Assembly: GCA_951406725.2 (NCBI GenBank)
Contig: OX597819.1
Span: forward strand, 20,956,001 to 21,020,000
Reading direction: 5' to 3'
From: Octopus vulgaris
Taxonomy: Eukaryota
DNA length: 64,000 bases
Shown here: positions 25,904 to 38,635 of the stretch, in pieces
How positions within the stretch are numbered: the first letter of the stretch is position 1
How the letters are laid out: each line of letters starts with the position of its first letter
Position numbers and translations under genes: made by a program
Notes under the pieces: model-generated
What the model was told of the DNA's origin: nothing
Seen by the model: only the letters and a program-made list of their open reading frames with translations
Database searches by the model: none

Positions 25904-25934
<31 letters not shown>

Positions 25935-25941
25935 ATAAATA

Positions 25942-25972
<31 letters not shown>

Positions 25973-26023
25973 ATATATATATATATGTATGTATATATAT
26001 ATGTATATATACATATGTATATA

Positions 26024-26054
<31 letters not shown>

Positions 26055-26065
26055 GTATGTATATA

Positions 26066-26098
<33 letters not shown>

Positions 26099-26298
26099 GT
26101 ATGTATATATATATGTATATATATATATATGTATGTATATATATGTATATATATATATATGTATGTATATATATATATGTATATATATATATATGTATGT
26201 ATATATATGTGTATATATATATATATGTATGTATATATATATGTATGATATATATATATATGTATGTATATATATATGTATATATATATATATGTATG

Positions 26299-26338
<40 letters not shown>

Positions 26339-26374
26339 TGTATGTATGTATATATATATGTATGTATATGTATG

Positions 26375-26407
<33 letters not shown>

Positions 26408-26410
26408 GTA

Positions 26411-26443
<33 letters not shown>

Positions 26444-26448
26444 ATATG

Positions 26449-26493
<45 letters not shown>

Positions 26494-26495
26494 GT

Positions 26496-26536
<41 letters not shown>

Positions 26537-26584
26537 TATGTATGTATATATATATGTATATATATATGTATGTATATATATATG

Positions 26585-26615
<31 letters not shown>

Positions 26616-27390
26616 GTATGTATGTATATATATGTATATATGTGTATTATATATATATATGTATATATATGTATATATATATATGTATATATATATTGGT
26701 ATATATATGTATGTATGTGTATATGTATGTGTATATGTATGTATATATATATGTATATATGTATATGTATGTGTATATGTATGTATATATATATGTATAT
26801 ATATATGTATGTATATATATGTATATATATATGTATGTATATATATATGTATATATATGTATATATGTATATGTATGTGTATATATATGTATATATGTAT
26901 ATGTATGTATATTTATATGTATATATATGTGTATGTATATTTATATGTATATATATGTATATGTATGTATATTTATATGTATATATATGTGTATGTATAT
27001 TTATATGTATATATATGTGTATGTATATATATATGTATATATATGTGTATGTATATATATATATGTATATATATGTGTATTTATATATATATATATGTAT
27101 ATGTATGTATATGTATATGTATGTATATTTATATGTATATATATATGTATGTATATATATATATATATATGTATATATATGTATATGTATGTATATATGT
27201 ATGTATATATATATGTATATATGTATGTATATGTATGTATATATGTATGTATGTATATATGTATGCATATATATATATATATGTATATATATATATGTAT
27301 GCATGTATATATGTATGTATGTATATATATGTATATATATATATATATATGTATGAAAATGTATGTTTGTGTATATATATGTGTATGTAT
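25549..27390. repeat. ~1.85-kb (TA)n/(TATG)n compound microsatellite
   Basis: Almost exclusively TA/TG units; source of the 389-655 aa artefact ORFs. Confidence 0.97.
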
Positions 27391-27792
27391 AGGCGAATTT
27401 ACTTTCGAAAACCATACTAATAACGTCTGCTGAATTTGTACGAATATATAAATATACTTTCACCTGTTGCTATTATTTGGGATGTATTCCATTAAGTCAA
27501 TTACCCCTTACTTCCAACCCCACTCTCTCACTCTCTCTCTCTGTTTAACAGTCATCCTCACTTTAGTAACTCATCCTTTGTTATTAGACTTCGGACATTG
27601 GCTGCCTTCAATCCAATATCTCCTCTCGAACCAAACCAGTCTTGCTTTGTCGTACAGAAAACAATATAGGTTCAAGAAGTCCGTAGCAATTAGCAATTAT
27701 TACACGGCGGAGACTTTCTAAAAATTCCGACCTTAATAAACTTGTTGTTTTGTATTAAACGTTACTACTTTCTCAACACACACATTCACACA

Positions 27793-27796
<4 letters not shown>

Positions 27797-27882
<86 letters not shown>

Positions 27883-28069
27883 CGTTCCCTCGTTCTGCTC
27901 GCTCCTCCTCCTCCTTCTCCATCACTATATATCTCTCTTTTTTCTGTTAATTATATAAATTCTGTCCGAAAGTGTCTGAGCAGATTTGTTTAACCCAGAA
28001 CTAGTAGAAATCCATTTTTCTGTATTGTTTGGTATATAATAGGTGCACTCGGTAATTGCTTTCCTCTCT

Positions 28070-28112
<43 letters not shown>
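27797..28112. repeat. (TC)n microsatellites
   Basis: Pure TC runs at 27797-27878 and 28074-28112. Confidence 0.95.
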
Positions 28113-28116
<4 letters not shown>

Positions 28117-28499
28117 GCCTGTTCCTGCAATGGTCGTCGATTTAGACATATTAGGATATTATGTACTCGGCTGTATTAGCTACATGTTGGTCTATAGATT
28201 TATATAAGTGCGAGCGTATACCTGTGCATGTGGATTGGTGTGTATGCTATATTTGTAAGTTTTGTGAGTTATATGTGTTCGTCTGTTTATGGGCCTTCCG
28301 GTTTGTATATATGATTTTATATATGTAGTTCTAGATGTGTGTGTGTTCATGCATTATATATATATATATACACACACACAAACATATATATTTATAATAC
28401 ATATACATAAACATATATATGCATGTATGTATGTATGTATATATATATATATATATATACATATATATATACACACGTAAACACTGCGTTGTAAATAAT

Positions 28500-29460
28500 G
28501 GACACAAAGTGAATAAGATAAGTGGAAGGTGGGGAAAATTACGGAGAAGAAGATTAGGAGGTAGATAAAGGTGATTAATGGACTAGGTCAGTAAATGAAT
28601 GTGTATATAGTGATGTCCATAATAGGAGCGCCAGTGTGGCGATTGTGAAAAAGGAGAGATAATAGGATAGAAGGAAAAGAAATAGAGAATGAAGGAAAGA
28701 GAAAGAGAATACGTAGGAAGAGGAGCTAAGATAGAAATAAATAGAGGAGAATGGAAGGAAACATAGATAGGAAGATGAAAGAGGGAAATGAAGAGGATGA
28801 GGGAAGACGCAGTGAGAAGTAGGAAGTGAGTTAGTATTAAGAAAGTGTGGGGACAAAAGGAATGAAAGCGGAGTGAATACTCGGTGAGTATGAGTGAAGG
28901 TTAGTACATTAAGTTGGTGTAATGAGTGAAAGAAAAATATCCAGACGGAGAGAGAGAGGGGGGGAAGAGAGATGGAGACTAAAGCACTTCATGAGTAGGA
29001 AAGAGAGAAAATGGGTAGAAATATAGGTAGAGAGAGAGAGGGATAGGGAGAGAAAGAGGGGAGGCAGAGTGAATAAGAGTGAAAGATAGTGTGTGTGTGT
29101 GTGTGTGTGAGTGTATATATGGTTGCGATGTTTTTGAGTGTGAGAGTGGAAGAGATAAAATCGATGAGAAAGTATGGAGAAAATAAGATGAAAGAAATGC
29201 GTAGAGAGAGGGGGAGAGATAGAGAGAGAAAAGAGATAGTGAGAGTTGGGTGAGAGAGTGCACGAAGAATATTGAACGGATGCATTTCTGGAAATGGGGA
29301 GTAAGGAAAGGGGAGAAAGAGGACTGAGTACGTAATGGAGAGTAAGGAGTTTGAACTGATGTGTGAGAGAGTAAAAAAGTTATTCTGCAATTGAAAGTGA
29401 TTCTTAGAAGGAGGGAGAGAGAGAAAGAGAGACAGACAGACAGAGAGAGAGGAAGGATTG
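28500..29460. repeat. Purine-rich low-complexity tract
   Basis: GA/GAA-rich degenerate repeats. Confidence 0.7.
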
Positions 29461-29668
29461 GGTAAATGAATGCTACATTGTCGGATTAAGTACACAAACA
29501 CAAGCATTTACGTATGTATAAAAGTATATATACAGACAGCATGAATGAATGTGATTCTTGCGTATGTATGACTGTGGAATATATACAGAGTGTATGTGTG
29601 CAATTCCTTGTAGGTATATGTATAAGATCTCTGATGAGTGGATTGAAAGCAAATATGTGCTTGTGTGT

Positions 29669-30030
29669 GTGGAGGCGCAATGATGCAGTGGTTAGGGCAA
29701 TGGATTCGCGGTCGTAAAATCGCAGTTTCGATTGCCAGAACGGGCTTTGAGAGTGTTTATTGAGCGAAAACAGTTAAGGGACTGGTGGCGAACCCTGCTG
29801 TATTCTTTCACCACAACTTGCTCTCAGTCTTTCCACTTGTTTCTGTTGTACCTCTATTTCAAAGGGGCCAGCCTTGTCACACTCTGTGTCACGCTGAATG
29901 TCCCTGAGAACAACATTAAGGGTATGCGTATCTGTGGAGTTCTCAGCCACTTGCACGTTAATTTCACGAGCAGGCTCTTCTGTTGAACGCATCGGCTGGA
30001 ACCCTCGTCGTCATAACCTACAGAGTGCCA
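29669..30030 (+). mobile_element. tRNA-derived SINE family C
   Basis: gtggaggcgcaatg..agtggttagggc (A box)..gtttcgattgcc (B box); homologous to 32049-32431. Confidence 0.88.
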
Positions 30031-31354
30031 TATATATATATATGTGTGTGTGTATATATATATATGTGTGTGTGTGTATATATATGTGTGTGTGTGTATA
30101 TATATATATATATGCACACAAACACCATGCATTGTGCATATATGTGTATATGTATATACATATATATGCATTATATATATGACTAAGTATATTGACTTAC
30201 GTTGATATATGTGTGTGTCTGTATGCGTGTGTATGCATATATTCATACATACAATAAATAGTTACATATCTGCCACTACGTGTTTGTGTGTGAGAAAAGA
30301 GGGATAGGGAGAGATACAGGAAGAGTCAAGGAAAGAGAAAAATGAGAGGGGGAGAGGGAGAGATAGAAGACAATTACTTTTCGAGGTAGTGTGTGTGTGT
30401 GTGTGCAACTGGATGTATGTATATGTCTATTTATCTATGTGTGTGTTTGTATGCATCATATATATATATATATATATATGCCTGTATGCGTGTATATACG
30501 TATTCATAGTTATATAAATACATACACATACTTACACGCTCTGAAGCGTATGTGTGTGCAAATGTGTGTGTGTGAGTGTGTGTGTTCAGCGGGTTATTGA
30601 TGAGGTTTAAGACGTGTTGAGGTGGGGGTAGATGGGCAGCGGCCTTGTTTTCTTTAGACCCAACGTTTGGAAAGAGAAAATAATAATAAACAATAACGAC
30701 ACGAAGTCTTGTTGTTTTTATCCAGAGAAACGACGATCAAATATAATATGTTCACCCAGTACACTAGTATCTTTAACAAATACTCACAGTCCAGAGAGTA
30801 CACACAATTATACTATAGTGTACGAATACATCTCTTTGCAGAACAATGTGGACAAAAAAAAGAAATGTACGGTTGTATAAATATTAGAAGCGCTGCCTGG
30901 TCACGTACATTTATTTTAAAGAAAACCTAACAGCATTGCAATGAAATCCTCTGCGTAGTGTGTAATCGTCACGGCCTCCATTTTTGAGGAACGAGTTCAA
31001 TTTCTCCTGGATCTAGGTGGATGTCAAAGAGCGCTGTGGTATAATGTTTGTTTGAACAGTTCATTAAAACGAGTTTCGGGCTTTCGTTTGGTTTCTGATT
31101 TAAATTAGTTTTCTTCGAAATTAACGACGGATTTGATATCGTTTGTAGCAACATCTTGTGGCTCATCTTCGCCTTCTGATTACAGAATTTAACACACACA
31201 CACACGCACAAATACAAACACAAAAACACTCATGCACTTACAGAATCATACATATATATATATATATACGTATGTGCATACATCGATGTATAAATAAATT
31301 TGCATGTGTGTGTGTGTGCATATATATACACACACGTGGACACATACACATACA

Positions 31355-31581
31355 TTTTACTTTTTTTGTTTCGGTCATACGTGCGTCCATGCTGGAGCAC
31401 CGCTTTTAGTCAAACAAATTGACATCAGGACTTATAATTATTAAGCCTGGCACTTATTCTATCGGTCCATTTTATCGAACTGCTAGGTTACGGGGACACA
31501 TAGACACACCAGCGTCGTTTGTCAAGCAATTGGAAGGGAACAAACACAGACACATACATACACACGCATATATATATGTAT

Positions 31582-31632
<51 letters not shown>

Positions 31633-31805
31633 TATATATAAATATATGTATATGACGGGCTTTCAGTTTCCGTCTGCCAAATCCAAGGCTTTATTCGGCC
31701 TAAAGCTGTAGTGAAAAACACTTGCTCAAGGTGCCAGGCAGTGGGACTGAACCCGGACCCATATGGTTGGGAAGCAAGCTACTTATCACATCGCGACCTT
31801 GCGCC
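31355..31805 (-). mobile_element. SINE family A
   Basis: Head, core cctggcaccttgagcaagtg, internal (TA)n/(TG)n and tail all match other copies. Confidence 0.88.
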
Positions 31806-32048
31806 TATATTTCCTCTTTTTATTAATGCTGCAAAAACATCACCAAAAAAACTGTTACTCAGAACTTCACCTTGCGGTTCGTCGGGTTGTTGTGATGAAG
31901 GCTGTTTCCACCTTGTTTTGCTTTGATGCGCTTACTCTTGTATATATCGCTCCTTTGAAGAGAGAGCGGGAAAATGAAAATTCTTGAACACAGCCGTCCG
32001 ACGAACGGGCGCGTGAATGTGTTTGTGTGTATGTATATAACTTTTACT

Positions 32049-32431
32049 GTGGAGGCGCAATGGCCCAGTGGTTAGGGCAGCGGACTCGCGGTCGTAGGAT
32101 CGCGATTTCGATTCTCAGACCGGGCGTTGTGAGTGTTTATTGAGCGAAAACACCTAAAGCTCCACGATGCTCCGGCAGGAGATGGTGGTGATCCCTGCTG
32201 TACTCTTTCGCCACAACTTTCTCTCACTCTTTCTTCCTGTTTCTGTTGTACCTGTATTTCAAAGGGCCGGCCTTGTCACTCTCTGTATCACGCTGAATAT
32301 CCCCGAGAACTACGTTAAGGGTACACGTGTCTGTGGAGTGCGCAGCCACTTACATGTTAATTTCACGAGCAGGCAGTTCCGTTGGTCGGATCAACCGGAA
32401 CCCTCATCTTCGTAACCGAAGGAGTGCTTCC
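32049..32431 (+). mobile_element. Full-length SINE family C with 12-bp TSD
   Basis: A/B boxes; TSD ataacttttact at 32037-32048 and 32432-32443; inserted in the tail of an old family A copy. Confidence 0.92.
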
Positions 32432-32828
32432 ATAACTTTTACTCTTTACTTCTTTCAGTCATGAGAATGCGACCTTGGTGGGGCACCGCCCTAGAAGTCT
32501 TTCTTAGTTGAAAGAATTCACCTCATACGTATGGTTGTTAAACCTTGTACTTGAGGTGCTTTTGCTGAACAGGTTTTCAAGCGGTATTGGAGACCCCCCA
32601 CACAGACACACTCCTACTCACACACACATACTTACACACAAACACAGGTTGCCAGCTTGCTCGATGGCAAGTGGGCTCCTGCGTCATTAGAATCCATATA
32701 TGGGTGTTATGTTTCTATGTAAAGGGCCCATCCCCTCAAGTTTGTGAATTTTTTATTCACTCCTGGAAGAATGCATTAATTGTTTCAGCTTGGCCGTGTT
32801 TGTAGACAGTGGTAAAGAATACTTTTAA

Positions 32829-33049
32829 AAGGCGGCGAGCTAGCAGAATCGTTAGCACGTCGGGCGAAATGCTTAGCGGTATTTCGTCTGCCGTTACGTT
32901 GTGAGTTCAAATTCCGCCGAGGTCGACTTTGCCTTTCATCCTTTCGGGGTCGATAAATTAAGCACTGGGGTCGATATAATCGACTTAATACCTATGTCTG
33001 TCCATGTTTGTCCCCTCTATGTTCAGCCCTTGTGGGTAATAAAGAAATA
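32829..33049 (+). mobile_element. tRNA-derived SINE family B with 18-bp TSD
   Basis: ggcggcgagctagcagaatcg..gagttcaaattcc..core gtcgactttgcctttcatcctttcggggtcgataaa; TSD ggtaaagaatacttttaa at 32811-32828 and 33050-33067. Confidence 0.93.
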
Positions 33050-33172
33050 GGTAAAGAATACTTTTAACAAAAAAAAATTAAAGGATAGCATTATAGTTGT
33101 GGATGGGCTCCGTTATAGGTGAAAGTAAGGAATCAACTTATAAATAAACGAAATCCTCGAATCCCTCACTGT

Positions 33173-33203
<31 letters not shown>

Positions 33204-33239
33204 TACAGTCGCATACCTATGTATGTATTTATGTATGTT

Positions 33240-33412
33240 TGAAGATAAACCAAATTTTCATTATTTCCAGCCACACGCCCAATAGAGTATTTCTGTGAAA
33301 TTTGGTGAAAATCAGTTCGGCCATTTTCCAATAAGTTTGCAACAACTCAGACAAACAGACAAAGACGAATGATTTCAGTACCCTGTTTTTGCTTACCCGC
33401 GCAGGGTAACAA
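33240..33412 (+). mobile_element. Helentron/DINE-1-like (HINE) 3' end
   Basis: aaatttggtgaaaatcagttc motif, acagac microrepeat, terminal hairpin TACCCTG/CAGGGTA. Confidence 0.55.
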
Positions 33413-33907
33413 AGACGAGAGATTAAAATACATCCTGATGCACGCAGGATGTTAATAATAGCTTCTATTGCATTTTGGAAGGGGCAAACCAATGCTGCTG
33501 GCTGCGAGATTGAAATTCTCAATTTAAAAGCACAAAACTAAATATTGAATAAGGAGTTTTAGCCAACCATTTACTGATCCTAAACTTTACGTAATGCTAC
33601 AATTGATGAAATTAGCGTTAATAAAGGTCTGGGACAGATTTTCTCCTTTATTTATTTATTTTTTTGCAGTCATTAAACTTCGGCCAAGCTCGAGCATATT
33701 GATTCGAAGGATTTTTGAGTCGAATGAATCGAACCTACTGCATATACATCTTTTAAGGCCGGGTACATATTCCATCGGTCATTTTTTGCTGGACCGTTAT
33801 GTTACAGGCAGATAAAAAACAAATACCGGTGGAGGAGAACACGGACAAAACGAAAAGTCACACACACACACACACATATATATGTGTGTACGAACCGCCC
33901 CCCACAA

Positions 33908-33952
<45 letters not shown>

Positions 33953-34306
33953 TACATGTGTGTGTGTGTGTGAAGATATCTTCTGGAGGTTTCTAAATAA
34001 GACATAAATGAAGGAGGTTAATTATCGCTAGATATTTTGCTTGTCAGGTTCCGAGATTCCCCCATGATTCTAAAATTAATAAAGTTTTCCAAATATTCAG
34101 GAGAGCTGGGTTCGTTTCATTCGGCTGTACACTTACATACAACTAACCAATACTTATAAGATGATGGGCAAAATAATTGTCGACGAGACAGCAAACCATA
34201 TTTTAAGAAAGAATGCGGTGCTTTGATACTTTCTGTGCCATTTGGTAACTGTGATGCTGCCTCTTCAGGTAGAGTTAATTTAAGTGGATTAAGATTTTAT
34301 ATTGTA

Positions 34307-34919
34307 CTAGCAGTATCGCCCGGCGTTGCTTGGCTTTGTAAGGGAAATAACTATATAAGCATTTTTAGAGATGTAAAGTATAATAGCCATCTCAATATGG
34401 CTAACCACAAAAGGTGGGGTGTTACTGTAGCTTTTTACGTTCTAAGATTTAATAATAAATTTTGAGAGAGTTGCTTCCCTTATATATGCCAAAAATGCAT
34501 TAAAATGGGAAAAATTGATGGTAATTTTTTTTTAATCGTAGACTCATCGTAGACGCGCGCTAATACCCAGCGGCGAGCTGGCAGAAACGTTAGCACGCCG
34601 GGCGAAATGCATAGCCGTATTTTGTCTGCCGTTACGTTCTGAGTTCAAATCCCGCCGAGGTCGACTTTGCCTTTCATCCTTTCGGGGTCGATAAATTAAG
34701 TACCAGTTACGCACTGGGGTCGATGTAATCGACTCAATCCGTTAGTCTGTCCTTGTTTGTCCCCTCTATGTTCAGCCCTTTGTGGGTAATAAAGAAACAT
34801 ATATGAATCACGACTATAAGATACCCGGTTTTGGTTAAACTGCACCGCAAAATGTGGGAGTAGTTAGGAATCTAAATCGTAGGAGACAGACACACAACCT
34901 TCACTTTTATATATAAAGA
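34307..34919 (-). mobile_element. Non-autonomous Helitron (copy 2) interrupted by a SINE
   Basis: Minus strand A|TC...subterminal GC-rich hairpin region...CTAG|T; homologous to 4271-4647. Confidence 0.9.
34571..34799 (+). mobile_element. SINE family B nested in the Helitron
   Basis: Near-identical to 32829-33049 and 58111-58341. Confidence 0.92.
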
Positions 34920-35753
34920 TTTGATAAAACTCTATTTCTTTTATGTTTTTCCACAAACAGGCTCTTGGACGCTATGTGTTTCTCTTAGGTGACGCCTTTT
35001 TGGATTATAATAAGTATTTCTAACATTGGCAGAAAGCCTGATTTGAAGGAAAATTTAATAACTCTTACATTACACAGACTGAGTTGATTTTTATCGATTC
35101 AAACAGGTTGAAACTGAAAGGCGCATTTGACGAGATATGAACTCTGAATAATAAGACACGCAACTAAATAAAGTTAAACATTTTATCCAAAGAACTACCG
35201 ACTCCACCATTCCTCTTTGAGATAATTGAAATATCTAAGCATTTAAATATGTTCCAATTATAGAGAGACACTAATTAGAAGTTTCATGTCGTTAGGAATT
35301 TGTTTTGGCCGCCTCAATGGCCTCGATTCCTTTTATCTTATAATGCTTACCTGTTTCAACATGTTTATTTTCGTCGTTCTGTCATTATCGCTTGTTTTAA
35401 ATTATCACTTCATTATAACATGTTGTTTGTGCTATTTATAACTGAAAATGTCTTGGGTGAGACAAGTTGGAATAACAAATCGTGCAAAAGATTTATTATT
35501 GTATTGATGTTTACGAAGCTGTCTTGTCGTCAAAGCTTGACTGGTTAGTTAGTTACCTTGGCCGAATTAAAGCAGGTGGAGGACAGTTTGCACGAGAAGG
35601 AGTATTATGTGTGTCAATGTCTCGATTTGTTTTTAAAGGGAATCAAAACAAATGAGCGTGGATTTGTGAAAACAAATATATGATTGCAGTAGAGATGTTG
35701 CATCTATTATTAAACTCTTTCTCTCTCGCTATCTATCTATCTATCTATCTATA

Positions 35754-35811
<58 letters not shown>

Positions 35812-36028
35812 CTTACATACATAAATATAATTAAATATATGCGTTTGTGTATACACACACTCACAGACACACACATATATATGTGTGTGTATATATATAT
35901 ATTATATGTTTTACTTTTATGGAATATGCATACATATATATATATATATATATTACGGAGATGTACTTGCATAGCAAGTGACCTGATCTGAGATCGTGTG
36001 CCGAAACGAAAGCAATTGCACTGTAGGT

Positions 36029-36074
<46 letters not shown>

Positions 36075-36456
36075 GTGTGTGTGATTGTGTGTGTGTGTGG
36101 CTATATACATGTATATGTGTGTAAATATACAACCTTCAACAAAGTAACAGTTATGTATACATCTTGAACTAACACATATCAGTACATAAACATACGTTCA
36201 CATGTACATACACATGTACACACACACATACACGTCTACACACTCTCCTAAATACTCACATAGAAACGTAAGTACATACTTACATACATACGTGCGTATA
36301 GGCATGCAGACATGCATGCGCGCATACATGTACATACATACGCACATACATACATACGCACATACATACGCACATACTTACATACATACATACATACGTA
36401 CGTACGTACATATATATCATGAACTAACTGTTACTTTCTCAGATGCAGCATGGAGT

Positions 36457-36507
36457 TTTGTCAGTGAACAGGTCGCGGTCTGAAAGCGACGAAAATATTT
36501 TGACAAA
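36457..36507 (+). ncRNA. Minimal type-I hammerhead ribozyme, G3:C8 core variant
   Basis: Stem I TTTGTCA/TGACAAA, core GTGAACA, extra G, stem II GTCGC/GCGAC, GAAA-ATAT-TT. Confidence 0.65.
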
Positions 36508-36584
36508 TTAAATTTAGATGTTGACGTGAATCTAACGGTCTTTGTTTGTTTCTTAAATGGATTATAGACACCTTCCACGCTGCA

Positions 36585-36651
<67 letters not shown>

Positions 36652-36740
36652 TTTAGAGTAGCAAAAAAATTCCAGAAAAATTATCCGCAACCAGTGGTCT
36701 AACGAGAAGGAAAAAATAGTCACTAGACTATATAATATAC

Positions 36741-36962
36741 ATTTAAACACATAAGAGATGGCCATACTAGGACATCTGACTCACTAGAGAGCAGTTAAAC
36801 TCTAAACCACTAATAGTTGTAATTCTGAAATGGAAAGAGAAATAAAATCATAAAATTATTTCTCTTTCCATTTCAGAATTACAACTATTAGTGGTTTGGA
36901 GTTTAACTGCTCTTTCTAGTGAGTCAGATGTCCTATTAGGGCCATCTCTTATGTGTTTAAAT
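36741..36962. repeat. Near-perfect palindrome (~105-bp arms, 10-nt loop) in an insert between (TA)n tracts
   Basis: 36741-36845 versus 36856-36962 differ by a few substitutions and a 2-bp indel. Confidence 0.93.
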
Positions 36963-37940
36963 ATAATATATATATATATATATATACATTGAGATAGAAA
37001 GTGGGGAACACAGAGCTAAAGATAACGAAATGAATGCATACATAAAAATATACCTGAATATATATCCACAGGAGAAGACATCTCTGTAAGTTGCACTGCG
37101 AGGGCACCGAACTTGGTACCATCAGTTTGGGATGCGAAATTCTTACCACGCACCTACATACATACTATCATATGTACATACACACGTACATACATACACA
37201 CGTACATACATACATGCGTCTGTGTGTATGAGCATGTGTGCGTGTATATTTGTTTGTGTGTATGTGTGTGTTAATTAGCGTCTCATGCAATATTTATATG
37301 TATCTACTAAATACTATTACCCAAATTGTAACCAATTTTTTTTGGGTTCTGCTGAACAGAAGATTCATTTGTTCTATGCATTTAACCATTTTTATGCATA
37401 TATACATAGACTAATAGATATAAAGATAGATAGATCGATATAGATATAGAGATAGATAGAGAGAGAGATTCATGGATATATATAGATAGAGAGAGAGATT
37501 CATGGATATATAGATATATATATATATATAGATATATATATAGAGAGAGGGAGAGAGATGACAGACATACATTCTCCATATAAAATACACCTCGTAGTGC
37601 TCAAAAGGTCTACACATGAGCAGGTAGAAGAGTAAATGTAAGGGCAAGAAATATAGGCAAGATCATATACAAAAAAAAAAAATTAAACACATTTAATACA
37701 GAAAATGTGCGTATATTTACACCTAAGAAGGTCCGACTTACGCAGAAATTAAAGGTGTTGAATAAGAGTTTAACGAGTTCAGCAGCTGTTTGTGATGGGA
37801 TTCGCGGTACGAAATAATGATTGTAAATGAATTCTGTCATTGGATAATACCTCCGTAATCAACGAAGAATATTACATTTGAGGTGTTGACAGAAAGGAGT
37901 TTAATTATGGAACACGCACACACGCACACGCACACATGTG

Positions 37941-37972
<32 letters not shown>

Positions 37973-38022
37973 TATATATATATATACACATACTCAAGGT
38001 AGATAAATAGGTAGATAGATAG

Positions 38023-38073
<51 letters not shown>

Positions 38074-38252
38074 CATTACATTTATACGTATATGTGTGTG
38101 CATATATATGTTTATGTGTGTGTGTATATATATACATATGTATGCATTTATACATGTACAACCCAGTTGTGGATAGTCTAGGACCTAGATTTCGAACTTT
38201 CCAAATTACGTTTGTTAACGTAAAGTTGATTAGTTCTCATCTCACTATATAG

Positions 38253-38337
<85 letters not shown>

Positions 38338-38484
38338 GATAAAATAAGGATTCAGGTAGAATCAGATACTTGAAAATATATGATCACGTAGGCTTGGATA
38401 AACCTGTAGTTCCACCTATGTTTGTCAGTATCAAATAGAACTGCAAAAATCTGTAAAACTTTCAAGAAGTTTTCATTTATGCAT

Positions 38485-38635
38485 ATATGTGTAGTCGCTA
38501 CCATTCCCTGTCCACACTGTCAAATACTCTTTCCGGCGTAAATTGGCCTCACTAGCCATCTGCGGACTCACAAAACAAGCCCACCCCAACCCCAGGATGA
38601 CTAGATGGTCTTCGTCGCATCGACGGACAAAGGAT
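38485..38635 (+). mobile_element. RTE (BovB-like) LINE 3' end with C2H2 motif
   Basis: IPCPHCQILFPA*IGLTSHLRTH followed by a short UTR. Confidence 0.75.

Noticed and set aside
25496-27463. 655-aa and overlapping 389-489 aa ORFs
   Set aside because: Translations of TA/TG microsatellite, open in several frames on both strands
29631-29665. CTGATGA..GAAA hammerhead-like motif
   Set aside because: Stem II is essentially absent and there is no stem I
32049-32125. tRNA gene
   Set aside because: A/B boxes present, but it continues into a multi-copy SINE body with a TSD; the same applies to 29669 and 45160-45235
38500-38575. C2H2 zinc-finger gene exon
   Set aside because: Single finger with an internal stop followed by an RTE-type tail; better explained as a LINE C-terminus
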